Below are positions 1 to 9,420 of a DNA stretch of 64,000 nucleotides, piece by piece (the first letter of the stretch is position 1; every line of letters begins with the position of its first letter). The notes beneath the pieces were generated by a model that was not told the origin of the DNA, did not search any database, and worked only from the letters and a program-made list of their open reading frames with translations. The position numbers and the translations under genes are program-made. This DNA is from an uncultured Verrucomicrobiae bacterium (GTDB lineage Bacteria; Verrucomicrobiota; Verrucomicrobiia; Limisphaerales; UBA1096): positions 604-64,603 of the forward strand of contig CALJHX010000005.1 of assembly GCA_937770485.1 (NCBI GenBank). Reading direction: 5' to 3'.

Positions 1-2837
1 TGGAGATCGACCAACTGCTCGTAGAGCCGCTGGTGAAACAGCCGGTGTTTCTTAACTTTGACGAGCGTGGCCGAATGTGGGTGGTGCAGTATCAGCAATA
101 CCCGCACCCGGCCGGGCTGAAGATGGCCAGCCGCGACAATTACTGGCGCGCGATCTACGATAAGGTGCCCCCCGCGCCGCCCAACCATATTCGTGGCCGC
201 GACAAGATTACCATCCACGAGGACACCGACGGCGACGGTGTTTTGGACAGGCACAAGACATTTGTCGAGGGCTTGAACATCGTGACCTCGCTTGCCCACG
301 GGCGTGGCGGCGTGTGGTTGCTCAACCCGCCGTACCTGCTTTTTTACCCGGACAAAAACCGCGACGATATCCCAGACAGCGACCCGGTGGTGCACCTTGC
401 CGGCTTTGGGCTGGAGGACACACACTCAGTGGTGAACAGCCTGCGCTGGGGGCCGGACGGCTGGCTCTACGCCGCGCAGGGCAGCACGGTTTCCGCGAAA
501 GTGCGTCGGCCCGGTTTCGATGAAAAAGAGATTCCATCGATGGGGCAAAACATTTGGCGTTACCATCCCGGGACGCGCCGCTACGAGGTCTTCGCCGAGG
601 GCGGCGGCAACGCGTTTGGGGTGGAGTTCGACGCGCAGGGCCGGCTGTTCTCCGGGCACAACGGCGGTGATACGCGGGGCTTCCACTACGTGCAGGGCGG
701 TTACCTGCGCAAGGGCTTCACCAAGCATGGGCCGCTCAGCAATCCGTATGCGTTTGGTTACTTCAACTCGATGCCGCACAATAAGGTGCCGCGTTTCACT
801 CACAACTTCATCGTGTACGAGGGAGTTGGTTTACCGGAAAAGTATCTCGGAAAAACCCTCGGCGTGGAGCCGTTGCAAGGCCGCGTGGTGATGAGCGACC
901 GAACGGCGATTGGCTCGTCGTTCAAGACGCTCGACACGGGTCATCCGATCAAAAGCAGTGACAGTTGGTTCCGCCCGGTGGACATCAAGGCCGGGCCGGA
1001 CGGCGCGATTTACGTGTGCGACTGGTACGACGATCAGGTGAACCACTACCGCAATCACGAGGGCCGAATCGATCCAAAAAACGGCCGCGTTTATCGGCTG
1101 CGAGCCAAGGGCAGTCAGCCGGTGCAGCCATTCGACTTGGTCAAGCGCACGACGGCGGAGTTGGTCGGGTTGCTGCTGCGCGATGATAAGTGGCACCGGC
1201 AAACGGCGCTGCGACTGTTGGCCGATCGCGGGGATGCTGCCGCGCTCCCGGTGCTAAAAACCATGTTGCGCGACGAGCTTGGCCAAGCGGCGATCGAGGC
1301 GCTGTGGGCGATCAACCTGTGCGGCGGGTTCAACCCGGAATTCGCCGGCGAGACGCTTAAGCATACCAATCCGCATGTGCGCTCCTGGACGGTGCGCCTG
1401 CTTGGCGACGAAAAAATCGTGCCGGAGGCGACGGCTGTTGCGTTGGCTGGCTTGGCCAAGCGCGAGCCGCACGTCGAGGTGCGAGGGCAACTCGCCGCCA
1501 CGGCTAAGCGGCTGTCGGTCGGTCACGCGCTGCCGATTATCCGTGAGTTGCTCGGACACGATGCGGATGCGAGCGATATTTATCAGCCGCTGATGGTTTG
1601 GTGGGCGCTGGAGTCGAAGGTCGCCGCACATCCGAACGCGGTGCTGGGACTGTTTGCCGACGAGTCGCTTTGGCAAACGTCGCTCGTGCGCGAGCATGTT
1701 TTGAGCAGGCTCATGCGGCGCTTCACCAAGGCCGGCACTCGCTCGGATCTGCTCGCGTCCGCGCGGTTGTTCGAGATGGCTCCCAACGTCGAGTCGGCGA
1801 AAATCTTGATGGCCGGCTTCGAGCAGTCGTATAAGGGGCGATCGATGGCGGCGTTGCCGGAGCGGTTGCTGGCGGCTATGGAGGGTCATGGTGGCGGCTC
1901 GCTTGCGTTGGATCTGCGTCGCGGCGAAGCGAAGGCGATCGATGAGGCGCTACGGGTCATCGCCGACGTTAAGGCGGATAAGGTCATGCGTTTGCAGTAC
2001 ACGGAAATTCTCGGCGAAGTGCCGAGTGCGAAAGCGATCCCGGTGTTTCTCGGCATCGTGAAAAGCGAGCCGGGCAGTGACTTGAAGCGGGCAGCGCTTG
2101 GTTCGCTCAAGCCTTACAATGACAGGCGAGTTCCTGCGGCAGTGCTGGCTGTGTACGGCGAATTGCCGGACAGTTTGCGGAAAGTCGCTGGGACACTCCT
2201 GGCTGGTCGCCCTGCGTCGGCTGCTGCAATGTTGCAGGCTGTCGATGACGGCAAGCTGGCAGCCGGCTTGGTTTCGGCGGAAGTGATCAGCCTGCTTCGA
2301 TCGCACCGTGACGAGCGCGTTGGCCATTTGTTGACCAAGCATTTCGCTGATACAGAAGCGGATGCAGCCAAGCTGGAGCAGGAAATTCAACGCTTGGCCA
2401 AGGTCGTGACGACCGAGCCAGGGAGTCCGTACGAGGGGAAGAAGTTGTATGCTGCAAGCTGCGCCGCGTGCCATCGGCTGTTCGAGCAGGGCGGCCAAAT
2501 CGGCCCGGACTTGACGGCGTACCAGCGGGATGACCTGGACACGATGCTGCTGAACATCATCAATCCAAGCGCGGAGATTCGTGAAGGGTACGAAAATTTT
2601 TTATTGACCACGAAAGACGGCCGACTGGCCAGCGGGTTCCTCGTCGAGCAGGACAGCCGATCGGTGGTGTTACGCGGGCTGGACGGGCAGGACATGACCT
2701 TTGCGCGGAAGGCGATTCGAGAGTTGAAAGCGCAGGGCCTGTCGCTAATGCCGGGAGGATTGCTGGCTGGCTACAATGACAGTCAAATCCGGGATTTAAT
2801 GGCCTATTTGCGCAGTTCGCAGCCGTTGAATAATTAA
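1..2837 (+). CDS. PVC-type membrane-bound dehydrogenase-domain protein with HEAT-like repeats and C-terminal CxxCH haem-binding domain (5' end outside window)
   Basis: The frame is open from nt 3 into listed ORF 33..2837. N-terminal FDERGRMWVVQY and GPDGWLYAAQG motifs, central HEAT-like repeats, C-terminal GKKLYAASCAACHRLF..GPDL cytochrome c motif. This architecture resembles TIGR02604+TIGR02603 proteins. Confidence 0.8.
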   Translation, partial: EIDQLLVEPLVKQPVFLNFDERGRMWVVQYQQYPHPAGLKMASRDNYWRAIYDKVPPAPPNHIRGRDKITIHEDTDGDGVLDRHKTFVEGLNIVTSLAHGRGGVWLLNPPYLLFYPDKNRDDIPDSDPVVHLAGFGLEDTHSVVNSLRWGPDGWLYAAQGSTVSAKVRRPGFDEKEIPSMGQNIWRYHPGTRRYEVFAEGGGNAFGVEFDAQGRLFSGHNGGDTRGFHYVQGGYLRKGFTKHGPLSNPYAFGYFNSMPHNKVPRFTHNFIVYEGVGLPEKYLGKTLGVEPLQGRVVMSDRTAIGSSFKTLDTGHPIKSSDSWFRPVDIKAGPDGAIYVCDWYDDQVNHYRNHEGRIDPKNGRVYRLRAKGSQPVQPFDLVKRTTAELVGLLLRDDKWHRQTALRLLADRGDAAALPVLKTMLRDELGQAAIEALWAINLCGGFNPEFAGETLKHTNPHVRSWTVRLLGDEKIVPEATAVALAGLAKREPHVEVRGQLAATAKRLSVGHALPIIRELLGHDADASDIYQPLMVWWALESKVAAHPNAVLGLFADESLWQTSLVREHVLSRLMRRFTKAGTRSDLLASARLFEMAPNVESAKILMAGFEQSYKGRSMAALPERLLAAMEGHGGGSLALDLRRGEAKAIDEALRVIADVKADKVMRLQYTEILGEVPSAKAIPVFLGIVKSEPGSDLKRAALGSLKPYNDRRVPAAVLAVYGELPDSLRKVAGTLLAGRPASAAAMLQAVDDGKLAAGLVSAEVISLLRSHRDERVGHLLTKHFADTEADAAKLEQEIQRLAKVVTTEPGSPYEGKKLYAASCAACHRLFEQGGQIGPDLTAYQRDDLDTMLLNIINPSAEIREGYENFLLTTKDGRLASGFLVEQDSRSVVLRGLDGQDMTFARKAIRELKAQGLSLMPGGLLAGYNDSQIRDLMAYLRSSQPLNN
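1277..1288. repeat. Iterated palindrome GCTTGGCCAAGC
   Basis: Exact 12-mer, inside a CDS, read as LGQA. Confidence 0.95.
1450..1461. repeat. Iterated palindrome GCTTGGCCAAGC
   Basis: Exact 12-mer, inside a CDS, read as LAKR. Confidence 0.95.
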
Positions 2838-2891
2838 CGATTTTGAGGCTGTTTACTGGTTCTTTTCACTGTTTTTCGTTAGTTTCCCCCC

Positions 2892-5408
2892 ATGCAGGAA
2901 TTCGAGGCGCAGTTGGATCGTTTTTCTGCCTTGGATCAGCTCATCGTTCCAGACTTGTGGCAGCAGGAAGCGGTTCAACATCTGCGGGCTGGCAAGGATG
3001 TTGTCGTCCACGCGGCGACCGGCGCAGGCAAAACCTTCATTTTCGAACTTTGGTCCAACGAGGGTCGCAACCCCGGCCAGGCAATTTATACCGTGCCGAC
3101 TCGCGCTTTGGCCAACGATAAGCTCGCCGAGTGGCGCGCGCGCGGTTGGAATGTTGGTATCGCCACGGGTGACCTTTCGGAGAACCTCGACGCTCCGGTT
3201 ATCGTTGCTACGCTTGAGACGCAGAAAATCCGCCTCATCAATGGCGACGGCCCGAGGCTTTTGGTGATCGACGAGTACCAAATGCTCGGCGACGCCGATC
3301 GCGGTCTCAACTACGAGTTGGCTATCGCCATGGCGCCGCCCCAGACACAGCTCTTGATGCTCAGCGGTAGCGTGGCCAACCCCAAGCACGTCGTCGCTTG
3401 GCTTCAACGCCGCCTGGGCCGGGATGCCGAGTGGGTTTGGCACGACGACAGGCCTGTGCCGCTTGAGGAGGTGTACGCCGGGATGCTCAACTACGACGTC
3501 CCTCCGGAGATTCGAGGCTATTGGCCAAGGTTCGCCGCCAAGGCACTGGCTGAGGGGCTTGGTCCAGTTTTGATTTTTGCGCCGCGCCGCCGCGCAGCAG
3601 AGGCGCTCGCCGCCGAGATCGCCCGCAACCTGCCGACCCCCGACCCCCTCCGGTTGACCGCCGGGCAAAAAGATCTCGTCGGCGTTCGCTTCGCAAGAAT
3701 GCTGCAGGCGCGCGTCGCGTTTCACCACAGCGGGTTGAGCTATGGTGCGCGCGCGGGAGTGATCGAGCCCTTGGCCAAGGCTGGCCAGCTGCGAGTCGTT
3801 GTGGCCACGATGGGATTGGCCGCCGGCATCAACTTTTCTTTGCGCAGCGTGGCCTTGGCCGCCGACTCGTATCGTCGCGACCATTTGGAGGTGCCAATCA
3901 GGGCGGATGAGATTCACCAAATGTTCGGGCGCGCCGGGCGGCGCGGCATCGACGAGATCGGTTACGGCTTGGTTTCGCGAAATGAAATTCGTATTCGCGA
4001 TGGCCATCCCTGTTTTCTCTCTCGCAACGGCATGGTTGACTGGGCGTCACTGTTGGGCCTAATGCACGGCGCGTCGGAGCAGGGGCGTGATCCGTACACC
4101 GAGGCAGTGCGAGTGCAGGAGCGGCTGTTCAGCACCCAGCCGATTCTGCTTGGCATGGAGTTTGCGATGAAACATCCGGACGTGCCGTGCGGCCTGGGCA
4201 CCGACTCGGAGCGCGCCCGGAAATCCCGCAGGCGAGTCCGCGAGATGCTCAACAGCCGAGGCGGGTGGGAAGCCTGGCCCAAGGCTTTGCCGGTGCCGCT
4301 CGACGAGGTGTTCGTCCCGAAAAAACCAAGCGGTGACGGGGCGGAGGACGAGCAACAGCCACTTGGCGAAGCGCCGGTGCTTCGGCCGGCGTTGATGGAG
4401 CCGGACGTGCTGCGGCGAACCGGGGCCGGTGAGTTGGCCCTGCTGCCGTCCCAGGAGGCGTATGGCCGGGAGCAGAAGGTGGCAAACCAACTCAACAACG
4501 AGCGGCTTGACTTGGCCAAGTGGGTGCGCCGGCTGACCGGTTGGCGAATGCGCGTGGTGCCGTTGGCACTCTGGCAAAAGAAAATACAGCCCCTCCTCGA
4601 AGAGAAACTGGCGGCAAACCAGACGCCCGTGGAGCAGTTTCGTTGGGAGGATAACTGGCTGCTTGTCCAGTTGCGATTGGGTCAACAGGTCGTTCCGGCC
4701 CATGTCGATTCGCATGGTGTGGCGCTTTGGCGGCCGCTGGAGCGGCAGGTAGTCAATCCAACCTGCGCCGGTTGCGGCCTGTACGGCGAGTGCCTCGAAC
4801 TTAAGCCGGCCACCGGCGTGGCGCTGCTTTGGAAACGACTCAATCTGGTTGATGAAAAAGGTAGGCCGACTCAACGCGGCAGGATCGTCAGTTTTTTTTC
4901 GCAGAGTTACGGCCTGGGCATCGCGGCGGCACTGGAGGACGAGTCGCTGCCGATCGGCGAGTTGGTTTACGAGTTGGCCAACCTCGACGCCGGCTACCGT
5001 TTTGGCGACGAGGAAAATCGCTGGGACGGGCGCATTCCAGTCGCCTGCCGCGAGTGCTATGGGGATGTGACGGTGCCGGGCTATCTCGACGCCGGCCTGC
5101 CGTTGCGTTACGGCGCGGGTGCCGGGCAGGTGGTGGCGGCGATGCATGCGAATCCCGCCGACAAGGGAAACTGGGTGACAGATCTGCTGGGCGCCGGCGA
5201 TATCGATCGCGCGCTGATCGAGTGGCGTAGTTTGCTGCGGCAGATCACGCACTCACCGGAACTGGACTGGGGGCGCTGGGTGGAGTTGCAAAAACACGCC
5301 GGAACCATTCTTGCCGAGACCGAGTCGCCGACGCTCTCCAGGTTGCCGCCGCTTGAGCATCACCAGCGGGGCAGGGTGAATCACTATTTGCGCTTGAAAT
5401 CGTATTGA
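2892..5408 (+). CDS. Superfamily-2 DEAD/DEAH-box helicase (Ski2/Lhr-like core) with a long C-terminal extension
   Basis: Walker A HAATGAGKT, DEYQ box, ATMGLAAGINF, QMFGRAGRRG motif VI. About 430 aa of unassigned C-terminal sequence. Confidence 0.8.
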   Translation: MQEFEAQLDRFSALDQLIVPDLWQQEAVQHLRAGKDVVVHAATGAGKTFIFELWSNEGRNPGQAIYTVPTRALANDKLAEWRARGWNVGIATGDLSENLDAPVIVATLETQKIRLINGDGPRLLVIDEYQMLGDADRGLNYELAIAMAPPQTQLLMLSGSVANPKHVVAWLQRRLGRDAEWVWHDDRPVPLEEVYAGMLNYDVPPEIRGYWPRFAAKALAEGLGPVLIFAPRRRAAEALAAEIARNLPTPDPLRLTAGQKDLVGVRFARMLQARVAFHHSGLSYGARAGVIEPLAKAGQLRVVVATMGLAAGINFSLRSVALAADSYRRDHLEVPIRADEIHQMFGRAGRRGIDEIGYGLVSRNEIRIRDGHPCFLSRNGMVDWASLLGLMHGASEQGRDPYTEAVRVQERLFSTQPILLGMEFAMKHPDVPCGLGTDSERARKSRRRVREMLNSRGGWEAWPKALPVPLDEVFVPKKPSGDGAEDEQQPLGEAPVLRPALMEPDVLRRTGAGELALLPSQEAYGREQKVANQLNNERLDLAKWVRRLTGWRMRVVPLALWQKKIQPLLEEKLAANQTPVEQFRWEDNWLLVQLRLGQQVVPAHVDSHGVALWRPLERQVVNPTCAGCGLYGECLELKPATGVALLWKRLNLVDEKGRPTQRGRIVSFFSQSYGLGIAAALEDESLPIGELVYELANLDAGYRFGDEENRWDGRIPVACRECYGDVTVPGYLDAGLPLRYGAGAGQVVAAMHANPADKGNWVTDLLGAGDIDRALIEWRSLLRQITHSPELDWGRWVELQKHAGTILAETESPTLSRLPPLEHHQRGRVNHYLRLKSY

Positions 5409-5415
5409 ACGCCGT

Positions 5416-5943
5416 CTAGTTGCTGGCTTTGTTGTCACAAACGCCGCTCTTTTTCAGCTTGTCGCAAGTGGCGGAGAGTTGCAGTTTCTGCGACTTTACG
5501 GTGAACCCCAGCTTTTGCCCAATCTCGTTCTCGATTGAGTCGATCTGTTCGCTGTCGAACTCCACGATCTTTTCGCAGTTCTCACAGATTAGATGATTGT
5601 GGTTGGGGTGGTCGGAGTAGTTAGGATCGTAAAACTTGTATGGCTTCCCGAAGTCCATCTCGTGGACGAGATTGCTCTCGGTGAGCAGTGGCAGGGTGCG
5701 ATAGACCGTGGCGCGGGAGACGGAGCGATCTCTCTGTCGCGCCCACTCGAGCAGTTGATCGGCGGTGAAATGCTCCTCGGTATCGAACACGATATCGATG
5801 ATAATGCGCCGCTGATCAGTGATGCGAAGATTCTTCTCCTCCAGGAAATCGATAAATTTCCTTTTGGTCTCTTCTCTCGCTTCCGTCCTCAAGGTGCAAA
5901 TTGTCGCCCAGATTCTTGGCCAAGTCAATGAGACCGGTCTCAA
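5416..5943 (-). CDS. Fur-family metal-responsive transcriptional regulator
   Basis: LRITDQRRIIIDIV and SRATVYRTL winged-helix region; HNHLICENCEKIVEF metal-site motif. The start codon is uncertain. Confidence 0.8.
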   Translation of the reverse strand: MRPVSLTWPRIWATICTLRTEAREETKRKFIDFLEEKNLRITDQRRIIIDIVFDTEEHFTADQLLEWARQRDRSVSRATVYRTLPLLTESNLVHEMDFGKPYKFYDPNYSDHPNHNHLICENCEKIVEFDSEQIDSIENEIGQKLGFTVKSQKLQLSATCDKLKKSGVCDNKASN

Positions 5944-5952
5944 AACTTACCA

Positions 5953-5967
5953 ACAATCGCCGATTGT
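5953..5967. promoter_or_regulatory. Perfect 7-1-7 inverted repeat ACAATCG-C-CGATTGT, candidate operator in the fur/GT2 divergent region
   Basis: Read directly. It lies 10 nt upstream of the longest Fur-family ORF start and has the same 7-1-7 geometry as classical Fur boxes, but a different sequence. Confidence 0.35.
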
Positions 5968-6012
5968 CGCGCCGCGGCCTTTCGGGCATCGTGAGCCGAA
6001 CGGCTTGGCAAA

Positions 6013-6024
6013 GCTTGGCCAAGC
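6013..6024. repeat. Iterated palindrome GCTTGGCCAAGC
   Basis: Exact 12-mer in the fur/GT2 divergent intergenic region, 8 nt before ATG 6032. Confidence 0.95.
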
Positions 6025-6031
6025 GCGACTT

Positions 6032-7213
6032 ATGCCCGGGCAACAGACCAGCGATTCACCTGAAGTCAGCGTGGTGATGCCGTGCCTCAACGAGGCCGAG
6101 ACGCTCGCCGTCTGCATCCAAAAAGCCCGCGCCTGCCTCTCCGACAACGGCGTTTCCGGCGAGATCATCATCGCCGACAACGGCAGCACCGATGGCTCGC
6201 AATCCATCGCCGAGGCCGAGGGCGCGCGCGTTGTGCCGGTCGAGGCCAGGGGCTACGGCAGCGCGCTCATGGGAGGGATCGCGGCGTCGCGCGGGCGATT
6301 CGTCATCATGGCCGATGCCGACGACAGCTACGACTTTTCCGCGCTCATGCCGTTCATCGAAAAGTTGCGAGACGGTAGCGACTTCGTTATAGGCAATCGC
6401 TTCAAGGGAGGGATCGCGCTCGGGGCCATGCCGCCGCTGCATCGTTACCTTGGCAATCCCGTGCTGAGCGGCTTGGGTCGACTTTTTTTTCGCTCTCCAG
6501 CCGGAGATTTCCATTGTGGGCTGCGATGCTTTTCGCGTGACGCATTTGAGCGCATGAATCTACAGACGACTGGTATGGAATTTGCCAGCGAGATGGTCGT
6601 CAAGGCAACGCTGCTTGGCTTGCGAATCGCCGAAGTGCCGACGACGCTCTCGCCGGATGGCCGTAGTCGGCCGCCTCACTTGCGAAGCTGGCGCGATGGC
6701 TGGCGGCACTTGCGCTTCATGCTGCTGTTCAGTCCGCGCTGGCTATTTTTGTATCCCGGACTTTTGCTGATGTTCGCCGGCTTGGGTGTCGGGAGTTGGC
6801 TGTTGCCGGAGGCGCGGCAGCTGGGCCAGGCGACGCTTAACGTGCACACGCTGGTCTACGCGGCGTTGTCGGTGTTGCTCGGTTTTCAGGCTGTCCTCTT
6901 CGCGCTGTTCACGCGGACGTTTGCCATCACGCAGGGGCTGATGCCGCCGAGCCGGCTGCTGAACCGGCTGTACCGTTTCGTCACGCTCGAGATCGGCTTG
7001 GTGGTTGGTGGACTGCTGGTGTTGGGCGGCTTGGGTGGCTCATTGGCGGCGACGCTTGGCTGGCAAAAAATCGACTTTGGCGAACTCGAGCCGTCGGTTG
7101 TGCTGCGCCAAGTCATCCCGTCGATCGTGGCGCTGGCGCTTGGTTTTCAAGTCGTTCTGGGCAGTTTTTTTCTCAGCGTGCTGGGGCTGAAACGCAAGGG
7201 AGGCGAGGGGTGA
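6032..7213 (+). CDS. Family 2 glycosyltransferase (polyprenol-phosphate sugar transferase-like) with C-terminal TM helices
   Basis: VSVVMPCLNEAETL, IIADNGSTDGS, ADADDSYD (DxD). ATG 6032 was chosen because the 5819..6031 part of the listed ORF overlaps the fur gene. Confidence 0.8.
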   Translation: MPGQQTSDSPEVSVVMPCLNEAETLAVCIQKARACLSDNGVSGEIIIADNGSTDGSQSIAEAEGARVVPVEARGYGSALMGGIAASRGRFVIMADADDSYDFSALMPFIEKLRDGSDFVIGNRFKGGIALGAMPPLHRYLGNPVLSGLGRLFFRSPAGDFHCGLRCFSRDAFERMNLQTTGMEFASEMVVKATLLGLRIAEVPTTLSPDGRSRPPHLRSWRDGWRHLRFMLLFSPRWLFLYPGLLLMFAGLGVGSWLLPEARQLGQATLNVHTLVYAALSVLLGFQAVLFALFTRTFAITQGLMPPSRLLNRLYRFVTLEIGLVVGGLLVLGGLGGSLAATLGWQKIDFGELEPSVVLRQVIPSIVALALGFQVVLGSFFLSVLGLKRKGGEG

Positions 7214-7752
7214 AGTGGCTCGATCAAGTCCTTCGAAACTGGCGTATTCGCAAGGCACTCACCCACATGGCACCGGCGGAGCGGTTGCTGGATGTCGGCT
7301 GCGGCGACGGCGAATTGTTGCGGCAACTTGGCCGGAACGGCGTGGGGATCGATCCGCGCTTGGCCAAGCCGGCTGACGTGCCCGGCGTGCAGTTCGTGCG
7401 CGGGAATTTCCCCGATGACCTTCCCGTCGCCGAGCCATTCGACGCCATCACGATGCTCGCCGTGCTTGAGCATGTGCCTGAGTCAGCCAAGCCGGCTTGG
7501 CCAAGCGCGTGCCACCGGTTGCTCGCCGCCGATGGCCGTGTAGTGCTGACAGTGCCATCGCCACGAGTCGATGCCATATTGACCGTATTGCGTTTTTTTC
7601 GATTGGTTGACGGAATGGCGATGGAGGAACATCACGGCTTCGATCCGAGCGTGGTGACGCCGCTGTTTGAGTCGGCCGGTTTCCGCTTGGCCACCCACAA
7701 AAAATTTCAACTTGGTTTGAACAATCTGTTCGTCTTCACGAAAAACGTCTAG
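7210..7752 (+). CDS. Class I SAM-dependent methyltransferase
   Basis: LLDVGCGDGELL motif I. GTG start overlaps the GT2 stop by 4 nt. Confidence 0.7.
   Translation: MKWLDQVLRNWRIRKALTHMAPAERLLDVGCGDGELLRQLGRNGVGIDPRLAKPADVPGVQFVRGNFPDDLPVAEPFDAITMLAVLEHVPESAKPAWPSACHRLLAADGRVVLTVPSPRVDAILTVLRFFRLVDGMAMEEHHGFDPSVVTPLFESAGFRLATHKKFQLGLNNLFVFTKNV
7358..7369. repeat. Iterated palindrome GCTTGGCCAAGC
   Basis: Exact 12-mer in the methyltransferase CDS, read as LAKP. Confidence 0.95.
7495..7506. repeat. Iterated palindrome GCTTGGCCAAGC
   Basis: Exact 12-mer in the same CDS, read as AWPS. Confidence 0.95.
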
Positions 7753-7758
7753 TTCATT

Positions 7759-9372
7759 TTGGCGCCCCAAAAAACAGAGAAAGCCGTCGAGTTGTTCGAG
7801 TCGAAATTGCGCTTTTGGCTGCGGATGGCCTGGGTGGTGGCGTACGCGCTGATGCTGAATTCGATGCTGAATAATATGCAGCAGATGAATACCGACGCCA
7901 TCGCTTACATGCGCATCGCCGAGTATTGGTCGAGTGGCAACCTGGGCTTTGCGGTGAACGGTTACTGGGGACCGATGCTGAGCTGGTTGATGGTGCCGTT
8001 TCTGTGGCTGGGCGTTGAGCCGTTGCTCGCCGGCAAATTGGCAATGCTGATTTCCGGCGCGATTTTTTTTCACGGGAGCCTATTTCTCGTTCGCTCGGTG
8101 GGGCTGCGGTTGGTCGACGAGTTGATAGTGGCCTGGGTGCTGGCGCTGACGATTCCCGGCTGGATGTCGAACCACGTGACGCCGGATCTGCTGGTCGCCG
8201 GTCTGATGGCCTTCGCGCTTGGCCAAGCGGTGTCGCCGGACTGGCTGGCAAATCGCCGACGGGCACTTGGGACTGGCGCGACTTGGGGTTTGGCTTACTT
8301 GGCCAAGGCGGTGGCACTACCGGTGGGCGTGGTGGTGAGTGTGCTGCTGGCGCTGTGCTGGCGGCTTGGCCAAGCGGAAAACCGGCAGGCGGCTTGGCGG
8401 CAATTGGGCGTGTCGCTTGGCCTGTTGGCGCTGCTGGCCACGCCGTGGATCACGGTGTTGTCGCTGAAATACGACAAGCCGACCTTCTCGACTTCCGGTT
8501 CGATCGCCCATGCGATCGTCGGCCCGGGCTACGATAAACCGGCGCATCCGTTTGGCAGCACGATTTACAAACCAGAGCCGGGAAGGGTGACGGCATGGGA
8601 AGATCCGAGCCGGATGGACTACGACTACTGGTCGCCGTTCGCGAGTGGTGAAAATTTTTCATATCAACTTTCGCTCATCGGCCGGAATGCCAAAACGGTG
8701 TTTCAATTCTTGGCGGTCTTCGACGGAATCGGGGCATTGTTGGGATGGTTCGGGGTTGGGACGCTGGTTTTCGGCTTGGCGCTATTCACAAAGCAACCAT
8801 GGACGAAAAACTGGCTCGCCAATCGCTGGCGATGGATGCTCATCCCGCTGATCTGCCTCGGCGGTATTTACCTGCCAGTTTACGTCATGCCTGTAGATCT
8901 GCGTTATTTCTATCTGTTCCTGCCGCTGATCATGATTCTCACCCTTGGCCTCGTTTCTCAATCCTTTGCGAACAACTGGCTGACTGGCTTTGTTTTGTCG
9001 TCACTTTTTCTGTTACCGCTATTGTGGCGTTCGCCATCAAGATTACCTGTTGGCTCATTCGCGCAAGACTTGGCCAAGCGGATGGAAAGTGCCGGAATGG
9101 TTGGGCCAATCGTAGGTTCGACGTTTTTTTCAGCGGAAGGCCATCGGCTTGGTTTGTACGTCGCTTGGCACCTCGGGCAACCTTGGTTGGGGGATGTCAG
9201 GCCAGCTTCGCTTCAGGCGTACAAACATTCCGGAGCCAGGTTTGCAATTGCCATCGGCGGCACGGCTTTGGCGAAGCAGTTGGATGCAGATCCGGCTTTC
9301 AAATACGTGAGTGCCAAGTTGGATGAAAAAGGACTTCTTCAGGTTTATGAGGTTCAGGCGAGCCAGCCGTAG
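7759..9372 (+). CDS. Polytopic membrane protein, GT-C fold (ArnT/PMT, GT39-like) glycosyltransferase candidate
   Basis: More than 10 predicted TM segments and an N-terminal DAIAYMRIAEYW loop typical of ArnT-like enzymes. It sits in an operon with the GT2 and the methyltransferase. The start is uncertain. Confidence 0.55.
   Translation: MAPQKTEKAVELFESKLRFWLRMAWVVAYALMLNSMLNNMQQMNTDAIAYMRIAEYWSSGNLGFAVNGYWGPMLSWLMVPFLWLGVEPLLAGKLAMLISGAIFFHGSLFLVRSVGLRLVDELIVAWVLALTIPGWMSNHVTPDLLVAGLMAFALGQAVSPDWLANRRRALGTGATWGLAYLAKAVALPVGVVVSVLLALCWRLGQAENRQAAWRQLGVSLGLLALLATPWITVLSLKYDKPTFSTSGSIAHAIVGPGYDKPAHPFGSTIYKPEPGRVTAWEDPSRMDYDYWSPFASGENFSYQLSLIGRNAKTVFQFLAVFDGIGALLGWFGVGTLVFGLALFTKQPWTKNWLANRWRWMLIPLICLGGIYLPVYVMPVDLRYFYLFLPLIMILTLGLVSQSFANNWLTGFVLSSLFLLPLLWRSPSRLPVGSFAQDLAKRMESAGMVGPIVGSTFFSAEGHRLGLYVAWHLGQPWLGDVRPASLQAYKHSGARFAIAIGGTALAKQLDADPAFKYVSAKLDEKGLLQVYEVQASQP
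8216..8229. repeat. Iterated palindrome CGCTTGGCCAAGCG (14-mer)
   Basis: Exact, in the GT-C CDS, read as LGQA. Confidence 0.95.
8364..8375. repeat. Iterated palindrome GCTTGGCCAAGC
   Basis: Exact 12-mer in the GT-C CDS, read as LGQA. Confidence 0.95.
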
Positions 9373-9420
9373 TTCATTTTCCTTTCCTAGAGGGAGGAGT
9401 GGTTTTATCTTCGGTGAACC

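Noticed and set aside
2853-5252. Long minus-strand ORFs 2853..4007 (384 aa) and 4059..5252 (397 aa).
   Set aside because: They are antisense to a helicase gene with clear motifs. Their Arg/Pro/Gly/Ala-rich low-complexity translations are typical of spurious ORFs in high-GC DNA.
5819-6031. Upstream extensions of listed ORFs: GT2 from 5819, ispF from 18010, kinase from 38829, response regulator from 40148, ClC from 32542, amidohydrolase from 13442.
   Set aside because: The extensions overlap well-supported neighbouring genes or lack family-like sequence. Internal starts give canonical N-termini. Several listed starts are simply the TTG inside a palindrome copy (for example 31594 and 54223).
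7210-7752. The two class I SAM methyltransferases (7210..7752 and 57811..58617), considered as the DNA methyltransferase acting on the palindrome.
   Set aside because: Neither shows DNA-methyltransferase signatures (DPPY/NPPY or the PCQ/ENV motifs of m5C enzymes). They look like small-molecule or generic Methyltransf_11-type enzymes. The proximity of long palindrome copies to the second gene may be coincidental.
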